Source of the DNA: Haliotis rufescens
Taxonomy: Eukaryota
Assembly (NCBI RefSeq): GCF_023055435.1
Contig: NW_025964383.1
Location: forward strand, 47,740,001 to 47,804,000
Direction: 5' to 3'
DNA length: 64,000 nucleotides
Part shown: one piece after another, positions 63,873 through 64,000 of the stretch
Position numbering within the stretch: the first letter of the stretch is position 1
How the letters are laid out: each line of letters begins with the position of its first letter
Translations under genes and position numbers: made by a program
The notes under the pieces: generated by a model
What the model saw: only the letters and a program-made list of their open reading frames with translations
Database searches by the model: none
What the model was told of the DNA's origin: nothing

Positions 63873-64000
63873 AAAGTAAAGATGAAATTCAAGTGTTCCT
63901 TTATACAGTCCTATTGGTAATAGTTGTGTTGGACCCCCTGAAATTCATATAAAGTATCTGTATCCATGAAACATCAAAATTCCCCTTTGCAACTACTGAT

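Overview
Eukaryotic (metazoan) genomic DNA, most likely a gastropod mollusc such as abalone/Haliotis. That taxon call is an inference from the SINE repertoire and (ACTC)n tails. The window holds the 5' part of one + strand glypican gene of the GPC3/GPC5/Dally type: exon 1 (5495-5678), exon 2 (6659-6835) and a 698-bp exon 3 (58686-59383). The exons join through phase-compatible GT-AG introns, and intron 2 is about 51.85 kb. Remaining exons lie beyond the window. About 30% of the window (my rough sum, ~19 kb) is some two dozen mutually unrelated minisatellite or microsatellite arrays, several visibly amplified in place from pieces of SINEs. There are four SINE-like families with a related 3' tail, several MITEs with TIRs and TSDs, and two assembly gaps. 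The best candidates for novelty are: (1) an intronless 114-aa signal-peptide ORF nested antisense in glypican intron 3, with a possible decayed paralog; (2) a non-tRNA retroelement whose 5' head looks like a structured, possibly pseudoknotted RNA and is tandemly multiplied at two loci; (3) an apparently general local process turning 28-68 bp of nearby sequence into ~1 kb arrays. Most long ORFs in the track are translations of tandem repeats.
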